DNA of 64,000 nucleotides from Octopus vulgaris (taxonomy: Eukaryota), in the NCBI GenBank assembly GCA_951406725.2, contig OX597831.1, forward strand, positions 54,436,001 to 54,500,000, given 5' to 3'. Under the pieces are notes generated by a model. The model saw only the letters and a program-made list of their open reading frames with translations, had not been told where the DNA came from and did no database searches. Made by a program: the position numbers and the translations under genes. This document shows, piece after piece, positions 48,505 through 61,490 of the stretch (its first letter is position 1; each line of letters opens with the position of its first letter).

Positions 48505-49493
48505 GATGATACAAAAGTTTCACAGGTAATACAGAACCCTGAAGACACTATGCACCTGCAATGTGAGCTGGACGAAATATACAAGTGGGCTGAAAAGAAT
48601 AGCATGCAGTTCAATGCTGAAAAGTTTCAAGCTTTATGCTATCAGCATGCAAAACTAAATGCAATACCCAATAAATACACTGGACCTGGAGGGATTGCAA
48701 TCCCAGAGGCACAATCAGTGCGAGACCTGGGTATCTACATGAGTAATGATGCAACCTTTCATGTGCATGTTGCTAAATTGGCAATGAAATGTAGGCGGCT
48801 GACCGGATGGATTCTTAGAGCTTTTAGAACAAGAGACCAGGAAACCATGATGGTCCTCTGGAGGACACTTGTCCCTAGCCACTTTGACTATTGGTCTCAG
48901 CTATGGTCACCAACCATTGTCAAATTAATCTCAGAACTTGAGGCAATCCAACAAAGCTACATGAAGAAGATAGCCTCTATGCAGCATATAAGCTATTGGG
49001 AAAGACTCAAGAGATTAAGACTCTATTCCTTAGAGCGTAGGCGAGAAAGATATGCCATAATATACATCTGGAAGGACTTGTCCCAAACTTTGGCATCGAG
49101 AGTTACTCAAATACTAGAACTGGGCGCCACTGCATAGTGCCAAGGGCTCCAAATTTGCCATCAAAATGTAGGACAAGATACTGCGATAGCCTGGGCTTCA
49201 GAGGTCCACAGCTCTTCAATATCCTCCCGAAGGACCTGAGAGACCTGCATGGGGTGGATGCAGATGTCTTCAAAATAAAGTTGGACCTCTTCCTGTCAGG
49301 TGTCCCAGATGGACCAACTTCATGGCAGGAGGTGCAGATGAGGGCAGCTGCATCAAACTCTCTCATGCACCAAATGTGAATTGCTAAAAAGCATTCATGA
49401 AGTAAAATCATGTAGCAACACCGAATGGCGGTGCCCCAGCATGGCCACAGCTCGTGAGCTGAAACTAGATGAAATGAAATGAAAATGAAATGA
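48500..49493 (+). mobile_element. 5'-truncated CR1/L2-group LINE: RT C-terminal part, 3' UTR and (GAAAT)n tail; one frameshift near 49070
   Basis: YADDTKV..LQCELDEIYKWAEKNSMQFNAEK..VRDLG..SYWERLKRLRLYSLERRRER, then RGPQLFNILPKDLR..FKIKLDLFLSGVPD; tail GAAATGAAATGAAAATGAAATGA. Confidence 0.92.
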
Positions 49494-49513
49494 TATGGGT
49501 ATATATATAGGTG

Positions 49514-49550
<37 letters not shown>

Positions 49551-49554
<4 letters not shown>

Positions 49555-49779
49555 CCTTGATCACCTTGACTGACCAGTCCGTTGGGTGTCCATTTGACAC
49601 CACTGGTCACAGCACACTGTCCACTCCTCTCTGGATCACGCCTTTCTCATCCACATGATCCAATCGCCCTCCTGAAATCGTAACTCCACCGTCGTGGAGG
49701 CCTTCCATGTGGTCGCTTCCGCAGGTCCACCGATTATCGGTGAGCCGGGCGACGTGCCCAGCCCGTCTAAACTTGCTGC
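49551..49779 (-). mobile_element. 3' end of a third RTE-type LINE
   Basis: [19 protein letters not shown] (the RWAGHVAR..DNRWT motif), deleted remainder, short 3' end with stem-loop and TCAAGG(T/C)GA repeats. Confidence 0.8.
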
Positions 49780-49814
49780 GTGTATATGTATATATATATA
49801 TATATGTATGTATG

Positions 49815-49848
<34 letters not shown>

Positions 49849-49866
49849 TGTATATATATATGTATG

Positions 49867-49941
<75 letters not shown>

Positions 49942-51113
49942 ATATGTATGTGTGTGTGTATATATGTATGTGTGTGTGTATATATGTATGTGTGTGTATG
50001 TGTGTGTGTATGTATGTCTGTGTGTATGTATGTATGTGTATATGTATGTATGTACATATATGTATGTATGTGTGTACATATATATATATGTATGTATGTG
50101 TGTACATATATATATGTATGTATGTAAATATATATGTATGTATGTATGTAAATATATATGTATGTATGTATGTAAATATATATATGTATGTATGTAAATA
50201 TATATATGTATGTATGTAAATATATATATGTATGTATGTATGTAAATATATATATGTATGTATGTGTGTACATATATATATATATGTATGTGTGTACATA
50301 TATATATATGTATGTATGTGTGTACATATATATATATGTATGTATGTGTGTACATATATATATATGTATGTATGTGTGTACATATATATATGTATGTATG
50401 TATGTAAATATATATATATGTATGTGTGTACATATATATAGATATGTATGTATGTGTGTACATATATATATATATGTATGTATGTGTGTACATATATATA
50501 TATATGTATGTATGTGTGTACATATATGTATATATGTATGTGTGTGTATATATGTATGTGTGTACATATATATATATGTATGTGTGTATATATATGTATG
50601 TGTGTACATATATATATATGTATGTGTGTACATATATATATATGTATGTGTGTACATATATATATGTGTGTACATATATATGTATGTGTGTACATATATA
50701 TGTATGTGTGTACATATATATGTGTGTGTGTACATATATATATATATGTATGTGTGTACATATATATGTGTGTGTGTACATATATATATATATGTGTGTG
50801 TGTACATATATATATATGTATGTGTGTATATATATATATATGTGTGTGTGTATATATGTGTGTGTGTGTGTATATATATGTGTGTGTGTGTGTATATATA
50901 TATGTATGTGTGTATATATATATGTATGTGTGTATATATATGTATGTGTGTATATATATGTATGTGTGCATATATATATGTATGTGTGCATATATATATG
51001 TATGTGTGTATATGTATGTGTGTATATATATATGTATGTGTGTATATGTATGTGCATGTATATATGTATGTGTGTATATCTATGTGTATATATATATATA
51101 TGTATGTGTGTGT

Positions 51114-51170
<57 letters not shown>
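49780..51170. repeat. 1.4-kb compound (TA/TG/TATG) microsatellite with higher-order ~22-30-bp units
   Basis: Recurring TATGTATGTGTGTACA(TA)n and TATGTATGTAAA(TA)n blocks. Confidence 0.95.
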
Positions 51171-51172
<2 letters not shown>

Positions 51173-51292
51173 GGTGCAATGGCCCAGTGGTTAGGGCAGC
51201 AGACTCGCTGTCATAGGATCGCAGTTTTGATTCCCAGACCGGGTGTTGTGAGTGTTTATTGAGCGAAAACACCTAAAAGCTTCACGAGGCTT
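51171..51292 (+). mobile_element. SINE-B 5' part
   Basis: GCAATGGCCCAGTGGTTAGGGCAGCAGACTC...ATTCCCAGACCGGG. Confidence 0.85.
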
Positions 51293-51849
51293 CACCCTTA
51301 ATGATCAACTATACTAATTAATCACTCAATGTGTTAACCATCTATGGCTCATCAACAATAACTGCTATGGACATATAATTATAAAACTCAAAATACATAC
51401 CGTATCAGACAGGATACACTTCATATTGAGTTACATGCTTATACATCGAGGAATTCAATTCAAATGTCCCATAAACGTGCCCAGTGCCAGAGTAAAGCAA
51501 CCGTGAATGAACATTCAGCAGTGAATTATCTGACTCTTAGAATTAGAATATTTAAATCCAAATATAGGGTAAAAAATTAAATTCCAGCATGGGTAAAATT
51601 GTCCGTAGACAGCAAGTATTGTTATATTATATGTGTGTATAAAAACTATACATGAAGGGAAAAAGCACCAAGTGGTTTTCCAACACACTAGAAATAGGAG
51701 TTAACTCTCAAACCATGCAAAAACTATTATCTTAGCATGTTGAATGTAGGCAGGTAGGACAATTTGTGAGAATTCAAAAATGATTAGTCATTCCTGTACT
51801 TCGAAGTTTTGCCTTTATAGATATACAGGTGTGTGGGTGTACTTGTTTT

Positions 51850-51925
<76 letters not shown>

Positions 51926-52879
51926 TGCAGTGCACACACATATATGACAAGAATCTTTGAGTCTCCTTCTACCCAATCGACCCACAAGGCTTTTGTTGGC
52001 CCGGGGCTATACTAGAAGACACTTGCTCAGGGTCCCATGCAATGGGACTGAATCCAGAACCAAGTTGTGATTTTAAATGTATACATCCACACCTTTCGAG
52101 AATTTGATTGTGTAGAGAAACTTCAGCATATTTGGTATTTTGATAGGCTTTCAACTGATCTAGTTGAAAGTGTTTTCATTCTTTCTATTGATATTGTTGT
52201 GACAAAGACATTTAGGTGCATCATGTCTCTGTTGTTAACTCTAGATTATGTGTAATGGAGGCAGTTTAGTTTGTTGTTGTAAGCTACAGAAGCATTGCAG
52301 AATTGTTGTTTGCATATCTTATAGGGCTGGGCTCAAATCCATTCATGGATTTAGAGAAAATAATGGTAACAGACTTTATGGGTGACTGCATGGTCAAGTG
52401 GGTCAAATATCTTACGTTTGACTCATAAATTTTATTTGTATGGTGTTTTCATTTGCTTTTTTTTTTTATGTTTCTACAAGGATGTGAATTAACTTTTTAT
52501 TTCGTTCCAACCCACTTAATCTGATCAAGCATGTGTTAACAAAAAGTCATTTCAGTATATTGGGGAATATCTGGTTGCTTGACTTAGTAGCCAAATCTCC
52601 CTCAAATTAAACTTTATCTCATGTCTTGTTCAATTACATTTTATACCTGAATATTTAAAAAGAAATTTTTGTTTTAATGAGCTTACTTTATCCACTATGT
52701 TAAGATAGTGGAAAAGAAATAAAATGTTAGAGGCATGTCTGTCTGGATAAAGATTTCATTTCATAATTATTTGGTTTGGAGTTCTATTCTAATGTGTGGT
52801 ACTTGGAGCAAGTGTCTTTTACTATATCTTTTGGCCAGCCTATTCCTTTTGAGTGAAATTGCTAGAAAGTTCTAGTGAA

Positions 52880-53556
52880 AAGGGAAGCAGACAGGACTTG
52901 ACTTACTTCAAAAAGTTGGCTCTGCTTGATATGTAGGAAAGGTGTGGGTAGAAATTCCATATGGTGTACCCAGTGCAAGTTATGGATATGAGGTGCATTG
53001 AAATCATGGGCAGGTTAACAGAAAAGGTAATGTGCAGCAGCAATAAAAGCTAAGTACACACAAGAAATAGGTTCTCTCAAATGCTCAAAGAGATTTCCTA
53101 GAGGTTGTAGACAGTTTCTGTTACCTAAGTTACCTAATTAGCAGTGGAGAATGTTTCAGAAGTATAAGAATTGGATGGGAAAAGTTTAGGGAGTTATCAC
53201 CTCTGTTATTAACAAAAGGTCTCTCCATCACAGTGAAAGGCTGATTATATGATGCATGTACATGAAGAGCAATGCTGGGTGATAGTGAGACATGGGCCCT
53301 GAATGCAGAGGACTGTGAAGACTAGAAAGGAATAAAGTTAGCATGCTCTGATGAACATGCAACATCAGTGTGCATGTATGTCAGTGTGCAAATGTGTTGA
53401 GAAAAATTGAAATAAAAAGAATAACATGCAGTGCAGCAAGAGAGAAGGCTGCAATTGGTATGGTTATGTGATGCGGATGGATGAGGATAGCTATATAAAG
53501 AAGTGCCAATCACTTGAAGTGGATTGAACTCATGGAAGAGGGAGATACCGGAAGAA
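52880..53556 (+). mobile_element. Second copy of the finger-bearing RTE LINE (same family as 7216-8322), decayed
   Basis: WLCLICRKGVGRNSIWCTQCKLW..LEVVDSFCYLS..RIGWEKFRELSPLLLTKGLS..SETW..LQLVWLC..GRGRYRK across frameshifts. Confidence 0.85.
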
Positions 53557-54038
53557 ATGCCCCTGAGAATTATGTAAAAGGTATGCTTGTTTGTGGAGTG
53601 CTCAACCACTTTCATGTTAATTTCACAAGCAGGCTGTTCTGATCAACTAAAACCCTCATCATAACTGAGTACCAATTATCATCATCATTTAATATCTACT
53701 TTTCTATGCTTACATGGATCAAATTTTTTATGGATGGAGGCCCCTTTTGTCACTAGCCTCCATTTATTTCCAGAAAAGGTAATATTTTCTCATAGCTAGA
53801 CATATTTTACATAGAAGACTAGAAATGAAGTACCTCCCTTGCATGACGATGCTCATTAACCATTTCATGATGTTGAGATAAGCATACACACACCAGTTTT
53901 TCAGCTTCCATCTACCAAATTCACTTAGAAGGATTTGATTGGTCTAAGTCACTTGCCCAAGGTGCTGTGCAGTGGAACTGAACCCAAGACCACACGGTTG
54001 GGAAGCGAGCATCTCAACCACAGAGCCATACCTGAACC

Positions 54039-54094
<56 letters not shown>

Positions 54095-54107
54095 AATGAG
54101 GGTGAAT

Positions 54108-54147
<40 letters not shown>

Positions 54148-55864
54148 AAGAATTAAGTATACACACACACACACAAGCGCCATGATGCATGGGGAGATTC
54201 CAGTCTTTACAGGGTTGAGACGAAAGCTGGGAAAAAATAAGACGTGTTTGATATCCTCCATATCCGAACAACTGGCATCAACTGGTAGGGAATACAAAAT
54301 GATGTGAGAATACATGCCTACATAATAAGTAGTGGGAGAGAGGAACTTTAGTTGGTGAGAGAGGAAGAGAGAAGGAAAGGGAATAAGGAAGAGAAACAAG
54401 GTAAGGGATGAGGTGGAGGAAAATTAGAGTGAGAGGAGAGCTCAAAAATAAGTTGGACTTAAATCTATTAAGAAAGGGCAGAAGCGTAGAAGAAAAACAT
54501 TCATTTAAATGTACTGCCATGCTTCTACATTTGAATATAATATATTGTTCCTTATGCTTCCTTGAGTATGCAGATCTGCAGCATGCAAAGATGCCAGATG
54601 CTGGTAAGTGGCTAATGGAGGAGGAGGGTGAGGTTGGAGGTGGGGATGGGCTGTTGTGCTTAAGTGGGTGGTGACAGGTTGGCCTGGCATACACAATATA
54701 TATTACTATGTGTTTGTGAAAGCACTTGGTGAGGCAACTGTCTCACCAACATAAAGGGTACTGTAAGTATATCATGTGTATATGATGTCAATGAAAAGTG
54801 CAGTAGAACTTTTGTGTGATGTGGTACTGTGACTACACACACACACACACACATGCTCAGACATATACATATGGCTCATTTGATAATAATAACAAGCTTT
54901 ACATTACATCCTCATAGAAAACTAATACTTGCCACAAATGTAATGCTTATTTAGTCGCTTTGTTTTGAATTAATCATGCATTATCTTTTAGCTTTGAGAT
55001 TTTGAATACATGGTTGTTCACTTTTACAATGACATTGTAGGACAGGTGTGAGAGACCAGATCAGGTTGGCTTGAACATAAAACAGGTAAAATATTTAGGC
55101 TGAATATGTCCAGTTTAAATGCTAAAGAGTTAGCATAATTCTTCCATAAAAGTCAAAAGAATTACTGAATTCAGAATTAAAAGTACAAAAGATATGTGGA
55201 AAAAAAAAAAAAGAAAAAACTGACATGGAAAGTAGCAAGAAAAAAAGACAAGAATGAAAAATGTAAACACTGTAAACAAAGAACCTCCTATCCTCAGTTG
55301 CTATTTATGTATCTTTATTGTTCCAACAGCAAATATAGGATCAGTGATGTCAACAATCTTGAAAACTAATTTCAATACTGCTTTGGAATATACATATTGC
55401 TGTTCTCTTTGTCTTGGGTGTGCCACAATTGGCTTGTTTCATTTTTGACTTGGTTTATGCTATTGATGTCCATTAGGTGTAGTGGGATCACAGGAAGGAT
55501 AACACAGTAGACAGACACTTCATATGTGCTGATGCATAGGTAGAGTAAGCACTAAAAGCACCCTTATAATAGTTTGAATAAAATGCTCTTAAAAGTAGTT
55601 AATGGCTTCTGTACTGTGTTGACCTAATTTCCAGGGAAAGGGTGAGAGTTCAGAAAGTATAGTAACCTGAGTAACACATGCATACAGTTTCCTTATACCA
55701 GATTTCAGATGGTTTTTTTTTTTTTTTTTTGGGTCTGAGTCTATAGTAGAAGACACTTGTCACAGGTGTAATATAGGAAGATTGAGCCCATAACAACATG
55801 GACATGCAGTATATCTCTTAACTTGACAACTATAACAATCACAACAGTGGCAATAAGAGTATCG

Positions 55865-56133
55865 TTTACTTGTTTCAGTCATGCTGGGGCACCACCTTGA
55901 AAGGTTTTGATCAAGTGAATCAACCTTTTTAAAGTTTGGTACTTACTGTATTGGTCTTCTTTGTGGAACCACTAAGTCTTGGGGGATGTAAACAAACCAA
56001 CACTGGTTGTCAAGCAATGGTGAGGATAAACACAATGACACACACGTAGTTATATATACATGATGGGCTTCTTTCACTTTCCATCTACCACTTCCATTCA
56101 CAAGGTTTTTGCTGACCCAGGGTTATAGTAGAA
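55865..56133 (-). mobile_element. SINE-A, degenerate
   Basis: TTTACTTGTTTCAGTCATGCTGGGGCACCACC...GGGCTTCTTTCAC. Confidence 0.7.
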
Positions 56134-57089
56134 AACAACGACAATTATAAAATGTATCATAGTTTCTACAAATAGTTCCCATTTGCAAAACACCTGAGCT
56201 AATATTTGTGGAATTGTTTGCATTTACACTTTCCCAATCTAAGCCAAAATGGAAAGAAATCAGACGCAAAAAGGGGTGGGATGGGGATACCTATGTGTGA
56301 AAGTTACCATATTTCTCACGATTGACCTAACAGCAGTTGTTAGTCCAAGATATTTGAATTATCCAATCACAAAATTGCTGGGTAGCACAAAAATGAATAA
56401 ATAAATGAGTAGAACTGTTTCCCTGTAACCTTAATTACTAAGCTGATTTGAAAAATGGTGTTGACATTGATTCAAATAATTAATATTTAAAAACATAGAT
56501 TATCACTTTCCCTTTGTTTAAGCCAAACAGAACTATTATCCTTAGTTTCTTGTCCAGCTTCCATTGCTGCTATGTTAGACATCATCATCATGATTGTCAA
56601 TTTATTAACTGTTTTTTCTCATATTTTCATAAGCTGTGCAGAGATATTGCTGTACTGTCTGTTTTCAAAATCTAAAAATATATTAAAGCCATTGCAATAG
56701 TTACAGCTTTCCTAAGATCTTGTGCTATTGAACATAATTATATTTTAATAATAAAATAATAATAAACTCAGGTAGTGAAGGAAATATTATAGACATACGT
56801 TTCATTTATTGACTAAACATAGCTGTAAGAAATTAACTCCATTGTCTTTAGCAGAACAAACCAGTATTCTAATCAGAAATTAAATATTTAGAACTGGCTG
56901 GCTGAATCTTTTAATAGCTCTTGATCAATGTTCCAAAGCAATAAATGATTATACTACCTGGCATTTTATTCCCAGATGTAAAAGCTCAAGAGTTGCACTT
57001 CTTTCAACAAAGGTAAAAGAACTAAAATACAATTCTTTTAACAGAGATAAAAGATTAAAAAGTATGAAAAGCATAACAATATTTATCAG

Positions 57090-57147
<58 letters not shown>

Positions 57148-57150
<3 letters not shown>

Positions 57151-57682
57151 TTTTACTTTTTTACTTGTTTCAGTCATTTGACTGTGGCCATGCTGGAGCA
57201 CTGCACTAAAGAGCTTTAGTTGAAGAGAATGACCCCAGGACTTATTTGTTATGCCCAGCACTTATTCTATTGGTTTCTTTTTGCCAACACTGGTTGTCAA
57301 GTGGTGATGGAGGGACAAACACAAATACAAAGATACACACAGATGTTACAGCAGAAAGGTTGCTCCAATTTCAGAGGTTAATAAAAAAACAAAACACATG
57401 AAAATACAAGCAAAAACGATGCTCTCCATTCCAGGCCATGGTGGGTACTACCTGAAACAGAAGCAAAAAAAAATCTTTTTTATTAACCTTTGATATCAGG
57501 ACAACCTTTCTGTCGCACCCTGTATATACATATACACGATGGGCTTCTTTCAGTTTCAGTCCACCAAAGCCACTCACAAGGCTATAGTAGAAGACAGTAG
57601 CCCAAGGTGCTATGCAGTGGGCCTGAACCTGGAACTATATGGTTGGGAAGCAAGCTTCTTACCACACAGCAACTCTTACACC
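57148..57682 (-). mobile_element. SINE-A interrupted by a Tc1/mariner MITE
   Basis: Tail at 57148-57335 and head at 57535-57682. Confidence 0.82.
57340..57522. mobile_element. Tc1/mariner-type MITE with ~48-bp TIRs
   Basis: CAGATGTTACAGCAGAAAGGTTGCTCCAATTTCAGAGGTTAATAAAAAA versus TTTTTTATTAACCTTTGATATCAGGACAACCTTTCTGTCGCACCCTG|TA. Confidence 0.78.
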
Positions 57683-57907
57683 TATAAATATATAAAAGAT
57701 ATACATGCCTGCGCCTATATATACATATGATATATATATACACACACATATACACATATAAAAAACCTTTCGGTAAGGGTTTAATAGGATAAGATTTCAC
57801 ATTTTCTGTACCCAGAGAAAATATATCCAGGTATCCCTTGCTCAATACAATTAAGCAATCCCTTTGAAGTCATCTGGTAAATGAAATAAAAGTGTAAATT
57901 GAATTGC

Positions 57908-58262
57908 AGGTATGGCTGTGTGATAAGAAGCTTGCTTCCTAACCAGATCGTTCCAGGTTCCTTCCTACTGCATGGAACCTTTAGCAAGTGTATTCTGTTA
58001 TAGCCTTGGGCCAACCAAAGCTTTGTGAGTGAATTTGGTAGATGGAAACTGAAAGAAGCCTGTCATGTGTGTGCGTGTTTGTTCCTCTCCAACCACTTGA
58101 CAACTGCTGTTGGTGTGTTTACATCCTCGTAACAAAAGAGACCAATAGAATAAGTATGAGGCTTAAAATTAGTCCTGGAGTCGATTTGTTTGACTAAAGC
58201 CCTTGAAAGTGGTGACCCAGCATGGCCACAGTCAAATGACTGAAACAAGTAAATGATAAAAG
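57908..58262 (+). mobile_element. SINE-A, full length
   Basis: Head GGTATGGCTGTGTGATAAGAAG through tail CAGCATGGCCACAGTCAAATGACTGAAACAAGTAAA. Confidence 0.88.
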
Positions 58263-61034
58263 ACGTAAAATATTGTGAATCATCTAGCTCTTTCTTTCAA
58301 AATCACTTTTTAAATGTATTTCTCCTTAACTACTTACTAAAAAGAAAGGAAACAAGTTAAAACTTCCAAACCTGTCTCATTTTAACTTCATCTAGAAGGG
58401 ATTGCCTTCCCTATAATTGCTAACCACTACCTGTATAAATTTATTGTTCTAACATTTAGTTCTTTTTTCAAGAAAAAATTATCTAAAGAAGTTTGAATAC
58501 TCTCCTGCTTTCTGTTCAAAATATCTCCTGTCGTGGCTCATTGCATTGTCAATCATTTCATGAATTTGTTTTTTCAACAAGAATATTTTTTTGTTTGTAC
58601 TTTCAAAATAAAAAGCAATCTCATCATCATTGAAGATCTGACTGTCAGTATAGCTTTCTTCTTCTCTAAACCTTTGAAATTCTAGTTAAAATCTTTTTGG
58701 CAGCTTCTTTATGAGCACAGAGAGATTTACTTAGAATTCCCTGATTTCTAGAGTTTAAACGACGCAGAGTTCACTGCATCATCATCATCATCATTTTGAC
58801 ATCCACTTTTCCATGTTGACTTGGGTCAGATGGAATTCGTTGAAAGAAACATGTTTCTATGAGAAATTGGAAACATTATTTGCATCATGGTGACATATTT
58901 ATACTATTGCATCAAGACAAGGAGGATTCCCCCCTCCCCACACCCACACAAAAAGGTTTCTTTCAGTTTCCATCTACTGTCTACCAAGTCTATTCACAAG
59001 GCTTTAGTTGGCCTATGCTGCAATAGAAGACACTTGCTCAAGGTGCTTTGCAGTGGAACTGAACCTGAAACGACTCTCTAGGAAGCTGCTTCATTGTATC
59101 CATTCAAGGTTGAAACTATGCTCAAAGCTTTTGATTTAATACTGTAGGTACTCAGTGCAATGTGGCTCTGATTGCAGTAATAAGCATTCCATTTCAATAA
59201 TCTTATTCCAATTTTGAGTCAATTGCATTGCCTTTGAAGCTGTCTGTTCTTTTATCTTCAGTTTGCATACAATTGCCTTATTCATTTCAAATGAGTAGGC
59301 AATCCCTGATTTTCTAATACCGTTATTACTTTTAACTATTTCAGGTTTCTTATCTAAAATGAAAGCTTTTTGCTTTTTTTTTCAATGCAGTCATTTTTGC
59401 TTTCATTTTTTCCTCTTACGCATTGCTAATAGGAAAAATATTCTGAATATTATGGAAAAGTAAGATGTCATGAAGAGGAGTAAAAAAACTGAAATGATGA
59501 GGGCTTCCACCATTAGCTGTTGATATGGTTATGAAATATGTTTGCTATGAAATTAGAAATTTTTTTTTACATAAGACTGTCATCATCTAACATCCACTTT
59601 TCCATGCTTGCATGGCTCAGATGGATGCCCTCTCTATCACCTACCAAACATGGTAATGTTTTCCATAAGCAGACATGTTTTTCCATGGAAGACTTGAAAT
59701 AAACAGTATTTCTTTTATGATGGTGATATTTGTTTACAACCATCTCAAAGGAGCATGTGCACACATGTACACACACACACACACACACACACACGCTTGC
59801 ACATAACAGGCTTCTTTCAGTTTCTGTGTACCAAATCTACTCAAAAAGCTGTGGACAGCCCAAGGCAATAGAAGACACTTGCCAAATTTGTGACATAAAT
59901 TGAACTTGAGACCACCTGGTTGGGAAGCAAGCTTCTTAATCACAAAGCTACACTTGCACCTATGCTGTATGAAATTTATCTTATCATCATCATCATTGTT
60001 TAATGTCCGTTTTCTGGCAATGTTTCTATGGCTGAATGCCCTTCCTAACACCAACCACTCCAAGAGTGTAGTGGGTGCTTTTTACATGCCATTGGCATGG
60101 GAGCCAGTCAGGCGGCACTGGCATCAGCTATGTTCAGATGGTGCTTTTCATGTGCTACTGGCACAGGAGCCAGTTGGGGCAGGAGTGCTGGCATCGGCCA
60201 CGTTTGGATGGTGCTTTTTACATGTCACTGGCACGGGGAGCCAGTCAGGCGGCACTGGCAATGACCCATGCATAAATGGTGTTTATTGCATGGCACTGGC
60301 ATCGGCTACAACCACAATTTCCATTTTTGATTTCGATCTGATTTTGATTTTACTAGAGTCAGCAGGTCCCCTCAAGCATGGCGTGTCGCTTGACGATTCA
60401 AAGGTACTTTTTAAATGGGCTGGTTACACTCAAGAAACTGTGTAAACTCCAAAAGTGTTGAAACCACGTAAGAGGAGTTCCTGTATACTGCTAAGTTATC
60501 ATTGTTAGTACTAACTACAATTATGAAGTTGAACTAGAAGTTACTTTCAACACAACTTCTCTGGAGGGAGTGCAAAGCAATAATCTTTGGTCAAAAGAAA
60601 AACTTTTCTACTCTAGGCACAAGGCCCAAATTTTTGTGGAGGGGCCAGTTGATTAAATCGACCCCAGTAAAAGAAAGCTACGTAATACCTGAAGCTGCAT
60701 ATAACACTCATGTAACATGAATACTGGTCTAATGTGAGTGTCCCCAAACTTGTAAAAGTCCAAAATTCTAAATATAAATCTAATAATACAATGTTTCAGT
60801 GTTGAGTAGTTTATAATTGCCCACTAAAGGGTAATTGTCAGCATAATAATGAAGTGTATAAACATGTAATATGAACTCACAATTCATAGGCTCTATCAAA
60901 AATAAAATGAAAAATGATTTTTGCATTGTAAGTTGTTCTCTAATGAAAATCTTAACAATTCAACATGATTATATATTAGTCTAAAATACAAATGTCTAAA
61001 TATTAACTTAGAATGATCTGCTTTTAACTGGTAT

Positions 61035-61278
61035 CCTATTGGTTACGACGAGTGTTCCTGTTGATCCAATCATCAGAACAGCTTTCTCATGAAATTGATG
61101 TGTGCTATACGGACAGGCATACTCTTAATGTATGTAGTTCTCAAGGAAATTCACTGTGACAAGGCTGGTCCTTTGAAATAAAGTATCTTGCTCAAGGACA
61201 TAACATGCTGCTTGGTATCAAACTCAAGACCTTATGATCATGAGCTGAATACCCCTAATCACTAAGCCACTTGCCTTC
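61035..61278 (-). mobile_element. SINE-C-type tRNA head with a third body; related fragment at ~53560-53665 (+)
   Basis: Minus strand GAAGGCAAGTGGCTTAGTGATTAGGGGTATTCAGCTCATGATCATAAGGTCTTGAGTTTGATACC..TCCTTGAGCAAGATACTTTATTTCA resembles 10025-10135. Confidence 0.65.
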
Positions 61279-61296
61279 ACATGGTTTTTCTTAAAT

Positions 61297-61490
61297 TCCT
61301 ATTTCTTTACTGCCCACAAGGGGCTACACACAGAGGGGACAAACAAGGACAGGCAAATGGATTAAGTTGATTACATCGACCCCAGTGCGTAACTGGTACT
61401 TAATTTATCAACCCTGAAAGGATGAAAGGCAAAGTCGGCCTCGGCGGAATTTGACCTCAGAACGTAAAGACAGACGAAATACTGCTAAGC
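61297..61490 (-). mobile_element. SINE-D, young, 5'-clipped, tail type 2
   Basis: Near-identical to 24423-24654. Confidence 0.88.

Noticed and set aside
49607-51272. Very long ORFs (up to 501 aa) in several frames on both strands
   Set aside because: They are translations of an RY microsatellite that rarely forms stop codons (HTYI/VCMY repeats); not genes
54175-54275. Another hammerhead-like motif (ATGATGC..GTC..GAC-GAAA)
   Set aside because: The CUGANGA core is too degenerate and stems I and III cannot be assigned
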